NCBI RefSeq assembly: GCF_044704955.1
Contig: NC_091999.1
Location: 46,500,001-46,564,000 of the forward strand
Length of the DNA stretch: 64,000 nt
Origin: Pristiophorus japonicus
Taxonomy: Eukaryota
Reading direction: 5' to 3'
Shown here: one piece after another, positions 1-11,734 of the stretch
Position numbering within the stretch: position 1 is the first letter of the stretch
How the letters are laid out: every line of letters starts with the position of its first letter
Translations under genes and position numbers: made by a program
Notes under the pieces: model-generated
Databases searched by the model: none
Seen by the model: only the letters and a program-made list of their open reading frames with translations
What the model was told of the DNA's origin: nothing

Positions 1-2259
1 CAGTTAATTCAGAGACCATGGTCCAGAACTTAAAGAAGGGTAACTTTGAAGGTATGAGGCGTGAATTGGCTAGGATAGATTGGCGAATGATACTGAAGGG
101 GTTGATTGTGGATGGGCAATGGCAGACATTTAGAGACCGCATGGATGAACTACAACAATTGTACATTCCTGTCTGGCGTAAAAATAAAAAAGGGAAGGTG
201 GCTCAACCGTGGCTATCAAGGGAAATCAGGGATAGCATTAAAGCCAAGGAAGTGGCATACAAATTGGCCAGAAATAGCAGCGAACCCGGGGACTGGGAGA
301 AATTTAGAACTCAGCAGAGGAGGACAAAGGGTTTGATTAGGGCAGGGAAAAAGGAGTACGAGAAGAAGCTTGCAGGGAACATTAAGACGGATTGCAAAAG
401 TTTCTATAGATATGTAAAGAGAAAAAGGTTAGTAAAGACAAACGTAGGTCCCCTGCAGTCAGAATCAGGGGAAGTCATAACGGGGAACAAAGAAATGGCG
501 GACCAATTGAACAAGTACTTTGGTTCGGTAATCACTGAGGAGGGCACAAACAACCTTCCGGATATAAAAGGGGTCGGAGGGTCGAGTAAGGAGGAGGAAC
601 TGAGGGAAATCCTTATTAGTCGGGAAACTGTGTTGGGGAAATTGATGGGATTGAAGGCCGATAAATCCCCAGGGCCTGATGGACTGCATCCCAGAGTACT
701 TAAGGAGGTGGCCTTGGAAATAGTGGATGCATTGACAGTCATTTTCCAACATTCCATTGACTGTGGATCAGTTCCTATGGAGCGGAGGGTAGCCAATGTA
801 ACCCCACTTTTTAAAAAAGGAGGGATAGAGAAAACAGGGAATTATAGACCGGTCAGCCTGACATGGGTAGTGGGTAAAATGATGGAATCAATTATTAAGG
901 ATGTCATAGCAGTGCATTTGGTAATAGGTAATATAACAAGTCCAAGTCAGCATGGATTTGTGAAAGGGAAATCATGCTTGACAAATCTTCTGAAATTTTT
1001 TGAGGATGTTTCCAATAGAGTGGACAAGGGAGCACCAGGTGATGTGGTATATTTGGACTTTCAGAAGGCTTTCGACAAGGTCCCACACAAGAGATTAATG
1101 TGCAAAGTTAAAGCACATGGGATTGGGGTAGTTTGCTGACATGGATTGAGAACTCGTTGTCAGACAGGAAGCAAAGAGTAGGAGTAAATGGGGACTTTTC
1201 ATAATGGCAGGCAGTGACTAGTGGGGTACCGCAAGGTTCTGTGCTGGGGCCCCAGCTGTTTACACTGTACATTAATGATTTAGATGAGGGGATTAAATGT
1301 AGTATCTCCAAATTTGCGGATGACACTAAGTTGGGTGGCAGTGTGAGCTGCGAAGAGGATGCTATGATGCTGCAGAGCGACTTGGATAGGGTGGGTGAGT
1401 GGGCAAATGCATGGCAGATAAAGTATAATATGGATAAATGTGAGGTTATCCACTTTGGTGATAAAAACAGAGAGACAGACTATTATCTGAATGGTGACAG
1501 ATTAGGAAAAGGGGAGGTGCAAAGAGACCTGGGTGTCATGGTACATCAGTCATTGAAGGTTGGCATGCAGGTACAGCAGGCGGTTAAGAAAGCAAATGGC
1601 ATGTTGGCCTTCATAGCGAGGGGATTTGAGTACAGGGGCAGGGAGGTGTTGCTACAATTGTACAGGGCCTTGGTGAGGCCACACCTGGAGTATTGTGTAC
1701 AGTTTTGGTCTCCTAACCTGAGGAAGGACATTCTTGCTATTGAGGGAGTGCAGCGAAGGTTCACCAGACCGATTCCCGGGATGGCGGGACTGACCTATCA
1801 AAAAAGATTGGATCAACTGGGCTTGTATTCACTGGAGTTCAGAAGAATGAGAGGGGACCTCATAGAAACGTTTAAAATTCTGACGGGTTTAGACAGGTTA
1901 GACGCAGGATGAATGTTCCCAATGTTGGGGAAGTCCAGAACCAGGGGACACAGTCTAAGGATAAGGGGGAAGCCATTTAGGACCGAGATGAGGAGGAATT
2001 TCTTCACCCAGAGAGTGGTGAACCTGTGGAATTCTCTACCACAGAAAGTTGTTGAGGCCAATTCACTAAATATATTCAAAAAGGAGTTAGATGAAGTCCT
2101 TACTACTAGGGGAATCAAGGGGTATAGTGAGAAAGCAGGAAGGGGGTACTGAAGTTGCATGTTCAGCCATGAACTCATTGAATGGCGGTGCAGGCTAGAA
2201 GGGCCGAATGGCCTACTCCTGCACCTATTTTCTATGTTTCTATGTTTCTATGTTTCTAT
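1..2259 (+). mobile_element. CR1 LINE, 3' part of ORF2 (RT), 3' UTR and (TTCTATGT)n tail; disrupted
   Basis: ORFs 18-1139/1214-1912/1913-2152 contain KSPGPDG, NYRPVSL, YLDFQKAFDKV, GVPQGSVLGP, KFADD; frameshift near 1130 and stops; 8-bp tail repeat at ~2228-2259. Confidence 0.97.
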
Positions 2260-2455
2260 AATGGAAGAGCGGCAGTGGAGTGAGGAACAGTGAGAGGTTG
2301 CTGAGAGTGATTAACATAACACAAAATATACATTGAAAGTCCAATTAAAGATCAAACTAATACTTTAAGGTGAAAAAAAGAGAATATAAAATAATAGTAT
2401 GATACCCGGGATTAATAAACGATCTGAATATATTTCCTCCCCTACATCCCCGTAG

Positions 2456-2583
2456 ATTCCTCAGACCACATCTGGAATGAAGACTATGAGGACGAGAGCG
2501 TCAACATCTGGACAACAGCTTCCACATTCATCATCCTGTTCTTCCTGAGCATTTCCTACAGCGCTGCCGTCACGCTCGTGAAG
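2456..2583 (+). CDS. Immunoglobulin heavy-chain membrane exon TM1 (IgM/IgNAR-type, cartilaginous fish)
   Basis: Pyrimidine-rich acceptor ...cccgtag|, 128-nt phase-1 exon translating (D)SSDHIWNEDYEDESVNIWTTASTFIILFFLSISYSAAVTLVK, then AAG|GTGGGA donor; WTTASTFI.LF.LS..YS..VTL.K is the conserved IgH TM (CART) motif preceded by an acidic spacer. Confidence 0.93.
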
Positions 2584-2723
2584 GTGGGAAGATTCAATCC
2601 GCTCACACTTCCATCTGACTGAAGCCGTTTGACAAATCTCTGGATGTTTCATTAATATAAACCCTGAGATAAATGCCCCAGACCATTAAACCTCCGCTTC
2701 ATTCTTTTATCCCTCTTTTACAG

Positions 2724-2732
2724 CTCAAATGA
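2724..2732 (+). CDS. IgH membrane exon TM2 (L-K-stop)
   Basis: ttcttttatccctcttttacag|CTC AAA TGA, 140 nt after the TM1 donor; matches the two-codon TM2 architecture (normally V-K-stop). Confidence 0.85.
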   Translation, partial: LK

Positions 2733-2974
2733 TGGTCTGAATTTCGGCCGCCGTGGATGTTCCTCATCTGTTTATCATCCCTGTGTCACTAAAAATAAAA
2801 TATATCCTCTTGGTGATTCTCAGAGTAAACTACCTTCAGTTACTAGATCCGAATCAGTCGCTGAGAAATATATAACTGGGATTTCCGTCTTTCTGTTTGA
2901 AATGTGTTCGATAATTGTGGCTGTAATGTAACTGCATCTCAGAGTTTCACCGTGCCTTGTACATTTCATGTGTA

Positions 2975-2980
2975 AATAAA
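2975..2980 (+). terminator. Probable polyadenylation signal of the membrane IgH transcript (alternative AATAAA at 2794-2799)
   Basis: AATAAA followed by T/GT-rich sequence ~245 nt after the TM2 stop. Confidence 0.6.
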
Positions 2981-3085
2981 TAACTTTTCTCATTCTTATT
3001 CACAAGTGTTCCCTTCCCTTTATGCTGAGCCCCTGTTCACTCGCTCTGATGTCTGTCACAACTGTGCAGATAGCGGCAGCTCCGA

Positions 3086-3465
3086 CATAAGAACATAAGA
3101 AATAGGAGCAGGAGTAGGCCCTACGGCCCCTCGAGTCTGCTCCGCCATTCAATAAGATCAGGGCTGAACATCGACCTCAACTCCACTTTCCCGCCTGATA
3201 GCATATTCCTTGCTTCTCCTAGGTTCCAAAAATCTAACTATTTGAGTCTTGAATATATTTAGAGACTCAGCATCCACAGCCGTCTGTGGCAGGGAATTCC
3301 AAACATTCACAACCCTCTAAGTGAAGAAATTCCTCCTCATCTCCGTCTTAAATGGCGGGGTAAACAAACCTTCTGCATTTAACTTGTCAAGCGCCCTCAG
3401 AATCTTATGTTTCAATCAGATCACCTCTCATTATTTTAAATTCCAAAGAGTATAGGCCCAATCCG
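3086..3465 (-). mobile_element. CR1 3'-end fragment
   Basis: cataagaacataagaaataggagcaggagtaggcc is the reverse complement of a CR1 3' tail, followed by the reverse of the ORF2 C-terminus. Confidence 0.85.
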
Positions 3466-4036
3466 CCTGTGTTCGGTTCTCAATGTATTGCTCAGTTATA
3501 TTCACTTTGTGTTCACGTTTTTACACTTCCCTGTAAATTGTTTTCCGTGAAATTGTTAATAAATCTGGAATGACAAATTGAAGTAACTTGGATTTTCTCC
3601 ATGGCTCCTGTACACCGCTCCATTTTTCCTGTCACACTGTGTTTTATTTGCCTGACAGGTATATTTCACCCGTCCTGTCTGGGTTGTGATTGAACCCAAG
3701 TCCCGTTGGTGAAGGACCCACGGGACCACCCAGTGTCCCATCGGATTAAAGACACCTCTACCACTGCCTTGTTGTATCCGGTTCCAGAGGCGGAATTACG
3801 GCACAACGACCAGGTGCACCATGCAGTCTCCTCTAATATTATGGTCTGTCACAGTCACATGGCAGGTTCTATTAAAAAACAGCACTCCGTTCCGTCACAG
3901 ATTGTCACAGTTCAGTACACGGCAGAGTAAGTCTACCTTTCACTGTCCCATCAAACTCTCCCAGGGCAGGTACATTACGGGTTAGAAATCTGATACAAAC
4001 GCTCAAGGTAGCACAACACCGGAGAATGGCCCCCAA

Positions 4037-4758
4037 GAGGGTGAGCCTGTGCTGGCGCAATAGGGTGAGCCTGTGCTGGCCCAATAGAATGAGCCAGGCT
4101 TGCCCAATAGGGTGAGCCCGAGCTGGCCGAACAGGGTGAGCCCGGGATGGCCCAATAGGGTGAGCACATGCTGGCCCAATAGGGTGAACCCATGCTGGCC
4201 CAATAGAGTGAACCGGGTTCGTCCAATTGGGCGAGCCCGGGCTGGCTCAATATGTCGAGCCCAGGCTGGCTCAACAGGGTGAGCCCAGGCTGGCCCAATA
4301 GGGTGAACCCGTGCTGGCCCAATAGGGTGAGACGGGCCTGCCCAATAGTGTGAGCCCTGGCTGGCCCAATAGGGTGAGCCCGAGCTGGCCGAATAGGGTG
4401 AGCCCGGGCTGGCCCAATAGGTTGAGCACATGCTGGCCCAATAGGGTGAACCCATGCTGGCCCAATAGAGTGAACCGGGTTGGTCCAATTGGGCGAGCCC
4501 GGGCTGGCTCAATATGTCGAGCCCAGGCTGGCTCAACAGGATGAGCCCAGGCTGGCCCAATAGGGTGAACCCATGCTGGCCCAATAGGGTGAGACGGGCC
4601 TGCCCAATAGTGTGAGCCCTGGCTGGCCCAATAGGGTGAGCCAGTGCTGGCACAATAGGGTGAGCCCAGGCTGGCCCATTAGGGTGAACCCGTGCTGGCC
4701 CAATAGGGTGAGACGGGCCTGCCCAATAGTGTGAGCCCGGGCTGGCCCATTAGCGTGA
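4037..4758. repeat. 24-bp minisatellite (GCTGGCCCAATAGGGTGAGCCCGG), ~30 units with an internal ~260-bp higher-order duplication
   Basis: Direct reading; variant aatatgtcgagc recurs at 4249 and 4511. Confidence 0.95.
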
Positions 4759-4759
4759 G

Positions 4760-5190
4760 ACAACAATCAGCACAACAAGGCTCCCTGTCAGGGGCTACTG
4801 ACCTGGTCACAAACATGTGTCCAATCAAACTGACAGACATGCTGAAGCCCCGCCCATCCATTATCCCTGCCCAAAGGGCCGCGCATGCGCCCCGAGACCC
4901 ACCCTAACCAAGATGGCGACCACTGAGCCCTCTCCCCCAACCTGACCAAGATGGCGGCCGCTGTGCCCGCTCCCCCGGGCGCTCACTGACTGGGCCTGGA
5001 ACCGGCCTGTGCTTCGGTTCTTGGTGACGAGCCCGGGTGTGTGTGAAGATGATGGTGCGGATTTTTGTCTCTCGGGCCTGGGCCCGCACTCTTGCTGTGT
5101 GTCCCGCCCTGGGTTTATTAACGCAGGGAACTATTGGTTCTGCACTTTGTGACTGACAGGCGACAAGCCCCGCCCCATCCGGGCCCGAAT
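4760..5190 (+). promoter_or_regulatory. CpG-rich promoter-like module (CCAAT, GC box, NRF1, two YY1 motifs)
   Basis: CCAATC ~4821, CCCCGCCC ~4848, GCGCATGCGC 4881-4890, AAGATGGCG ~4910 and CAAGATGGCGGCC ~4947; high CpG density. Confidence 0.7.
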
Positions 5191-5221
5191 CATTCCATGC
5201 ATGTGGTGCAGTGAAATAAAA

Positions 5222-6050
5222 CTGGCACTTCGGCTGGGGGAGGCATACACTGGGACTGGGGTAAGGCACTTCGAATGGGGGAGGCATGCACTGGGATTGG
5301 GCTAAGGCACTTCGGCTGCGCGATGCATACACTGGGACTGGGGTAAGGCATTTCAGATGGGGAGGCATGCACTGGGACTGGGGTAAGGCACTTCGGCTGG
5401 GAGAGGCGGGCACTGGGACTGCGGTAAGGCACATCGGCTGGGGGAGGCATGCACTTGGACTGGGGTAAGACACTTCAGCTGGGGGGGCATACGCTCGATC
5501 TGTGGTAAGGCACTTCAGCTGGGGGAGGCGTGCCCTGGGACTAGGGTAAGGCACTTGGGCTCTGGGAGGCATGCATTGGGAAAGGGGAAGGCACTTTAGC
5601 TGGGGTGGGGGCATGCACTGGACTGAAGTAAGGCACTTTGGCGGCGGGATGCATATACTGGGACTGGGGTAGGGCACTTCGGCTGGGGGAGGCATGCACT
5701 GGGACTGGTGTAAGGCACTTCGGCTGGGGACAGAATGCACTGGGACTGTGGTAAGGCACTTCGGCTGGAGGAGACTTCCCCCGCGACTGGGGTAAGGCAC
5801 TTTGGCTGGGGGTGGCATATACTGAGGTAAGGCACTTCGCCTAGGGGAGGCATATACTGGGACTGGGGTAAGGCACTTCGGCTGGGGGAGGCGGGCACTG
5901 GGACTGCGGTAAGGCACTTCAGATGGGGGAGGCATGCACTGGGACTGGGGTAAGGCACTTCGGCTGGGGGAGGCCTGAACTGCGACTGGAGTAAGGCACT
6001 TCGGCTGGGGAGGGGTGCACTGGGATTGGGGCAAGGCACTTTGGCTGGCA
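5222..6050. repeat. ~41-bp G-rich minisatellite (GTAAGGCACTTCGGCTGGGGGAGGCATGCACTGGGACTGGG), ~20 units
   Basis: taagg period of 41 nt (5262, 5303, 5344 ...). Confidence 0.93.
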
Positions 6051-6219
6051 GTCGCTGTCTTCTGGGAGCTCTGCCTCTGTTGTTTCAGGAAATTAAAGTG
6101 GATCAAGTTACAATTTGCAAGTCAGTGATACGTTGGGATGGGTGTTTTCAGTTACACATTCGAGTGAAACCTCAGGCTTTGGCTCATCCTCCAAAGGAAC
6201 CAATCATGGAAAATGGTTG

Positions 6220-6446
6220 GAACATGGCGGCCATTTTTGCAGTACAAATAAGCGCGTCCTTTATTAACTCGCTGCCTCCCTCCACCCATCTCTGACCCCC
6301 TGTCTCGCCCACTGAGCATGCTCAGCTCACACTGCCTGGCTGATTGATGGCAGCTCCCGACCAATAGGGAAAGCAGTTGAGGAGCTGGAGGACTGGGTGA
6401 GCGGTTAGTCTTCCAACCAATCGGCGTGTGCAAGTGGTGCGGCCCC
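6220..6446 (-). promoter_or_regulatory. ZNF-family CCAAT promoter module, copy 1, abutting the ERV 5' LTR
   Basis: catgctcagctcacactgcc..gattga..CCAATAG..ggaggac..CCAATC aligns with 51240-51370 and 23450-23580; overlapping YY1 sites aacatggcggccatttt at 6221. Confidence 0.65.
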
Positions 6447-6977
6447 TGTATTGTATAGGGTTAATCACATAGGGTTAATTATGATATTTCGACATTTACA
6501 GTGTGTTTCTGCTTCATGCCGAGTGGAATGTTGTTGATGCAGAGAGAGAGAGAGAGAACTTGATGCACACACCATCTTGTTTATGGGACGGTCGGCGCCT
6601 CGAGGTCTCATGCTTTGTGGAAGAACAGCTGGGGCCTTACTGATTAGGAGTTGGCCATAAGCCACATGCACCCATGTTTGTTCAATAGTATAAAGGAATG
6701 GAACTGTCCAGTAGCTCTTTTAACTTCAACTTGGACCGTGATTCGCGAGCGGTGCCGGGACCCCCAAGGCTCCAGACCAGCCATCGTTGTGGAGTTCCCG
6801 ATGGGCCGAAAGCTGTGAGCTTTGTTGCATCTTATCATACTTCTCTTTTCTTTGTAAACTGTATTATGTTTCTTTTCCCTCAGTAAACGGTGTTTTATCT
6901 TTACTTCATTTGTCGTGTCTCTTATTTAACATCCATCCAGATCCCGAACCTAGGTCTATTATTATCGATCCAAAAAA
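6447..6977 (+). repeat. ERV 5' LTR
   Basis: Begins TGTATTG; TATAAA ~6688; AGTAAA polyA-like ~6882; aligns end to end with 12294-12829. Confidence 0.93.
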
Positions 6978-7006
6978 TGTTGGTGTCATGAACAGGATCT
7001 GGTAAA

Positions 7007-8590
7007 ATGTTTAAGAGAAAAGACAAGGAGCAGTCTCCTCCTGCGGGAGAGAAGTATAGAATACCAGGGTGGAGCACGAGGGATGAGTGTTTTGGCTCTC
7101 TTGCCAATGTGCTAGCCCAGTTTCCACCCCTGCAACATTGGGATATGCAGTTATTGGAACAGAGCAAAGATAGAACCGTACCCCACGTGGTACTGTCTCT
7201 CCTGGAGGAAGCGGGCTTCCCACAGGAGAAAAGTAATCCCCCACAAATGGGATGGATTTTGTTGACAGCATTAAGGACGATGTGTAAACAACTTAAGGAA
7301 AGTGAGGCAGAAAACCTAGAGTTAAAAACAGCTGTTAAGTTTTTCGAAAATCAAAACTCGACTCTCACTGAAGCGGTCCGCAATGCACAACAACAGGTGG
7401 ACAAGCTCAATGAACAATCAGAAACTTTAATATGCCATCTGGTGACAGTACAACATTATTAAAAAGCCAGATGACGGAAATTACAGATAGATCGGTCAAA
7501 GGTACGTGCATTGGTAGCTGGACCCACTTGGGATCCGGCTCATTGGGAAGGAGACATCTGGTAATCCTCTGACTCAGAATATGAATGGTCAGATGGAGAG
7601 GGGGGGGAACGGGAGGAAACTAAAAACCCTCCCCCATATGATCCGAGCACGAAAGCTAAACCCTTATGATAAATAAGGCGAAACAGCAAGATGGGGAACA
7701 GCCGGTAACCACTAGAGGGGTGCGTGACTTCACCACTAGTGAGTTACAAGAAATAGGATCTCGATTTCGCCAAAAACCCGGGAATCATTGTCAGAATGGC
7801 TAACCCGGATTTGGGATCAGGGAGCATCAGGCGTAATATTTAACCCTGAAGAATTAACAAAAATGAGGACTATGATTACGGACCACCATATCACAGCAAT
7901 GCTACGGAATGTCCAGGGCACAAGTTCGCTATGGGACATGGTTACTATAGGGGTCCAGAAAAAAAATCCCTCCGCCATTGATTGGGAAGGGAAGGTAAAA
8001 CCTTGGAGTACTGTGCTGGAGGGTGTGATACAATTGTGCAAGATGGCAACACAGGGAAGAATATATCACCAACAATATGGGGGGCCAGATCAGGAGCTCT
8101 TTACGGCAGGAATGCGGAGCAGGCTGATGAAGAGGGATGCGCTACGTGCATTATTGGGACCAGCCCAAGAGAAGCGGGTGGGGGACGCTTTCCTGTTGTT
8201 AGGACAGTTAGAGGATGTCGAAGATAGTGTGCGAGAGTCGAGAACGGCTAATGTAGAGGGGAATCGGGACCAGCGACAAGGTTCGACCTCTGGGAAAGAT
8301 ATAAGGTCAGGAAAGACAAAAAAAAAAATTGTGCGGAGGGACATGTACGCGGCTTTACTGAAAGCAGGGGTCCCCAAGGAAAAAATTTATGGAATCCCAA
8401 CAGGAGCAATGTATTCTATGTGGAAGCAACACTGCGTCCCGGGAACAGGGAAGGTTAAAAGGAGGGAGGTAAGGGCGACTAAGTCGGATAGCGATAATCT
8501 GTGGATGCGGAGAAACCACCTCCCACTAGTCTATACCCCAGCGTAGAAGAGCTGTGGAAGGCTAGTAATCCCCTCGACTGGGTTGTGACT
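7007..8590 (+). pseudogene. gag: ERV gag, interrupted by stops and frameshifts
   Basis: ORFs 7007-7462 and 7788-8546; PPPY late-domain-like motif near 7627; RDFTTSELQEIGSRFRQKPG/EWLTRIWDQG resemble ERV-L Gag. Confidence 0.8.
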
Positions 8591-8599
8591 GGGATCCGG

Positions 8600-11500
8600 G
8601 AGTACTCCCTGTTAGAACCACGTCAACCCAAGTTCCCGGGGATCTGAGGCCACACATTCCAATTATGATACATTGGCGGGACGGGGGGGAACATACAAAG
8701 AGATGTTGCTTTACTAGACACAGGGGCAGAAGTTACTATTATCCATGGAAATCCTAGGAAACACACAGGGACCTGTATGATGATTAATGGGTTCGTGGGG
8801 CAGAAACGCCCGCTGTCCAAACAACTTTCAGAATGGCGGTGGGAAATTGGTCTCTGCGCTGGGTAACGGTATTAATATCGGCAGTAAAGGAACATATTAT
8901 TGGGATGGACCTTTTAAAGGGAACCACACACAACACCTCGTTCAGGCAATTTTCATTCGGGATACGGGCGAACACTGAGATTGCAGGGGAAGCAAAGTGG
9001 GAACAAGTGGTAATACCACAGCCATTGCATATAGTTACAATGAAACAGTACCAAATACCTGGGGGACACAAAGAAATAGAGGAAACCATACAAGGGCTCT
9101 TGGAGGCGGGAATCATTAGACATGTGGTGTCCCCCTACAATAGCCCTGTTTGGCGTGTGCAGAAACCCAACAAAAGTTGGAGGATGACTGTGGATTACCG
9201 ACAACTGAACAAATGTGCCCCTCCCCTGGCAACCGCTGTCCCAGATGTAGTAACTATAACAGAGCGGCTGTCTCAAGAAGTTGCGGAGTGGTATGCGGTA
9301 ATCGACCTGGCCAATGCCTTTTTCTCCATTCCAATAGCGGAAGAATCCCAGGACCAGTTTGCATTCACTTGTGAAGGGAGGCAATACAAGTTTAAAAGCC
9401 TACCTCAAGGTTACCTACATAGCCGTACCCTATGCCACGGATTGGTGGCCCGGGACCTGGTTGTGCACGTTGGCTCCTAATGTCTCACTGGCACAATACA
9501 TCGATGATGTACTAATGAGAAATCCCACCGAGGCTGTGGTGTCAGAAGCCCTAGCTACTTTAGTCCAACACATGTGAGATATGGGCTGGGAGATAAATCC
9601 GAAGAAGGTGCAGGGCCCTAGCCAGATTGTCCAGTTTCTGGGGATCCAATGGTCTCGGTGTGAGCGCATCATACCCGAGCCTGTGAAGAATAAAATTCAA
9701 GAAATGGCCACCTCCACGAATAAAGCTGAGGCACAATGGTTCGTGGGACTATTGGGTTACTGGAGGAGACATATACCTCACCTCACGATGCTTTTAAAAC
9801 CGTTGTATGCCGTAACACGAAAAAAGGCCCACTTCGAGTGGGGAAAGGAACAACAGGTGGCTTTTGATGCAGCCAAAGAAGCCGTAGCTCAAGCTTTACC
9901 CCTAGCCCCACGAGTGCCTGGACAGCCTTTTGAGTTACAGGTATCCGTTACCAATGATACTGCAGTATGAAGTTTGTGGCAGGTTCAACATGGCACTCGT
10001 ATACCGTTAGGGTTCTGGTCTAGAAAATTGACAGATGCTGCTGCTCGTTACACTCCATTTGAGAAAAAATTATTAGCGTGTTATTGGGCCATTACAAAAA
10101 CAGAAGGACAGACAGGGGACGACAAAGTCAATTTAAGACCAGACCTACCCATTTTATCGTGGGTTCTCTCAGAAAATGGGACACACAAGATCGGGCGAGC
10201 GCAGCAAAGCTCCATAGTGCGCTGGAAATGGTATATCGCAGACAGAGCAAGTAAAGGGAAAGAAGTAATCACCCGACTACATGAGCATGTGGCTGGATAC
10301 CCACAAACAGCTGAGAGTGAACTTACGCAGTCGTCTGTCAGTTTAAGCAAAGAGTCACCGATCCCCTGGGGCGTGCCTTTTGAACAGTTAACACCCGAAG
10401 AACGTAGCCATGCCTGGTTCACAGATGCCTCAGCGGTCTGGCGAAATGGCCTTCGGCGATGGCGAGCCACTGCCTTCAATACAAAAACCCAGACAATTGT
10501 GCATGATGAGGGCGTGGGAGGCTCCAGCCAGCAAGCCGAACTAGCAGCTGTAGTCCTTGCGTTAGAAGAGAAACGGCAACACGTACACATATATACTGAC
10601 TCAGGGGCAGTAGCCAATGGCATGGCGGGCTGAATGCGAAACTGGCATGAACATAACTGGCAAATAACGGGGAAAGACTTGTAGGGAAAGTACCTATGGG
10701 AACAAATATGGTCCAAAGCCCAGGAGATGAAAATAACTGTATATCATGTGGACACTCACATGAAAAACACTTCAAAGACCTCTGAATATAATAACACCGT
10801 TGATAATATAGCCCGGGTACGGGCTATCAAACAGGCGGAAGAGGAAGAATATGGCACAGGCAAGTGGGCCCACTACAAATCTAGACATTTGGGCATTCAG
10901 GGTACGATACAGTGGGCACGAAATGGGGGGGTTACATTTGACTACGGACGGTGTTAAATAGATCATAAATACCTGTGAAATGTGTCAAAAGGTGAAGCAT
11001 TTCCCCCTACAACGACAACCCGGTGCCATATTAAGAGAGGGACTCAACCAGCAGAAACATGGCAAGTTGATTATGTAGGACCTTTACCATTGCAACAACG
11101 GTTCCAATATTTGCTCACTGTTGTTGATACCTATTCTACATTTTTGATCGCTTAACCAGTGACTAAAGCGAATCAACAAAGTATGATTAAAGGACTGGAG
11201 AATTTAATCACATACTACGGTGAGCCAGCAGAAGTACAATCCGATAATGGGTCGCACTTCACAGGTCAAACAGTGCAACAGTGGGCGGTAGACAACGAGA
11301 TCTATTGGATGTTTCACATACCTTACTATCCGCAAGCTGCAGGGTTAATAGAACGCATGAATGGATTACTTAAGCAACAGATTAAAATATTAACTACCAC
11401 TAACACATTGCAAGGATGGTTAAAGGTCTTCCCACAAGCAGTGCGCAATCTGAATCACCGACCATTGTGGGGGGGAACTCCATAAGCCACATGTTAGGCA

Positions 11501-11706
11501 AAGTTAGTGTCCCTACTATTGAAAAAGGAAATCAGACTCAGGACACAGTTTGTGAAGGAGGAAAAGTGTGGGTGCAGTACCTCCAGAAACGCTTACAAGC
11601 AGGGGAAATCTTAGCGAAAGGAGAAGGAAACACTTATTGGGTGCTCCTGACCGGTCAATACATTCCTCTCTCTGTTGACAAGGGTAAATTGACTAAACGG
11701 GGCTGA
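8600..11706 (+). pseudogene. pol: ERV pro-pol (protease, RT, RNase H, integrase), multiply disrupted; no dUTPase seen
   Basis: LLDTGA at ~8711; ORF pieces 8833-9480, 9581-9970, 9974-10633, 10727-10957, 11159-11485; RNase H WFTDASA/SSQQAEL/HIYTDS; HHCC and DDE motifs. Confidence 0.93.
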
Positions 11707-11734
11707 ATTAATATAATTATGCTTCCTCCCACAG

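Noticed and set aside
3975-6106. Repetitive ORFs including a 400-aa Pro/Gln/Cys-rich cornifin-like one
   Set aside because: Phase-shifting translations of the 24- and 41-bp minisatellites
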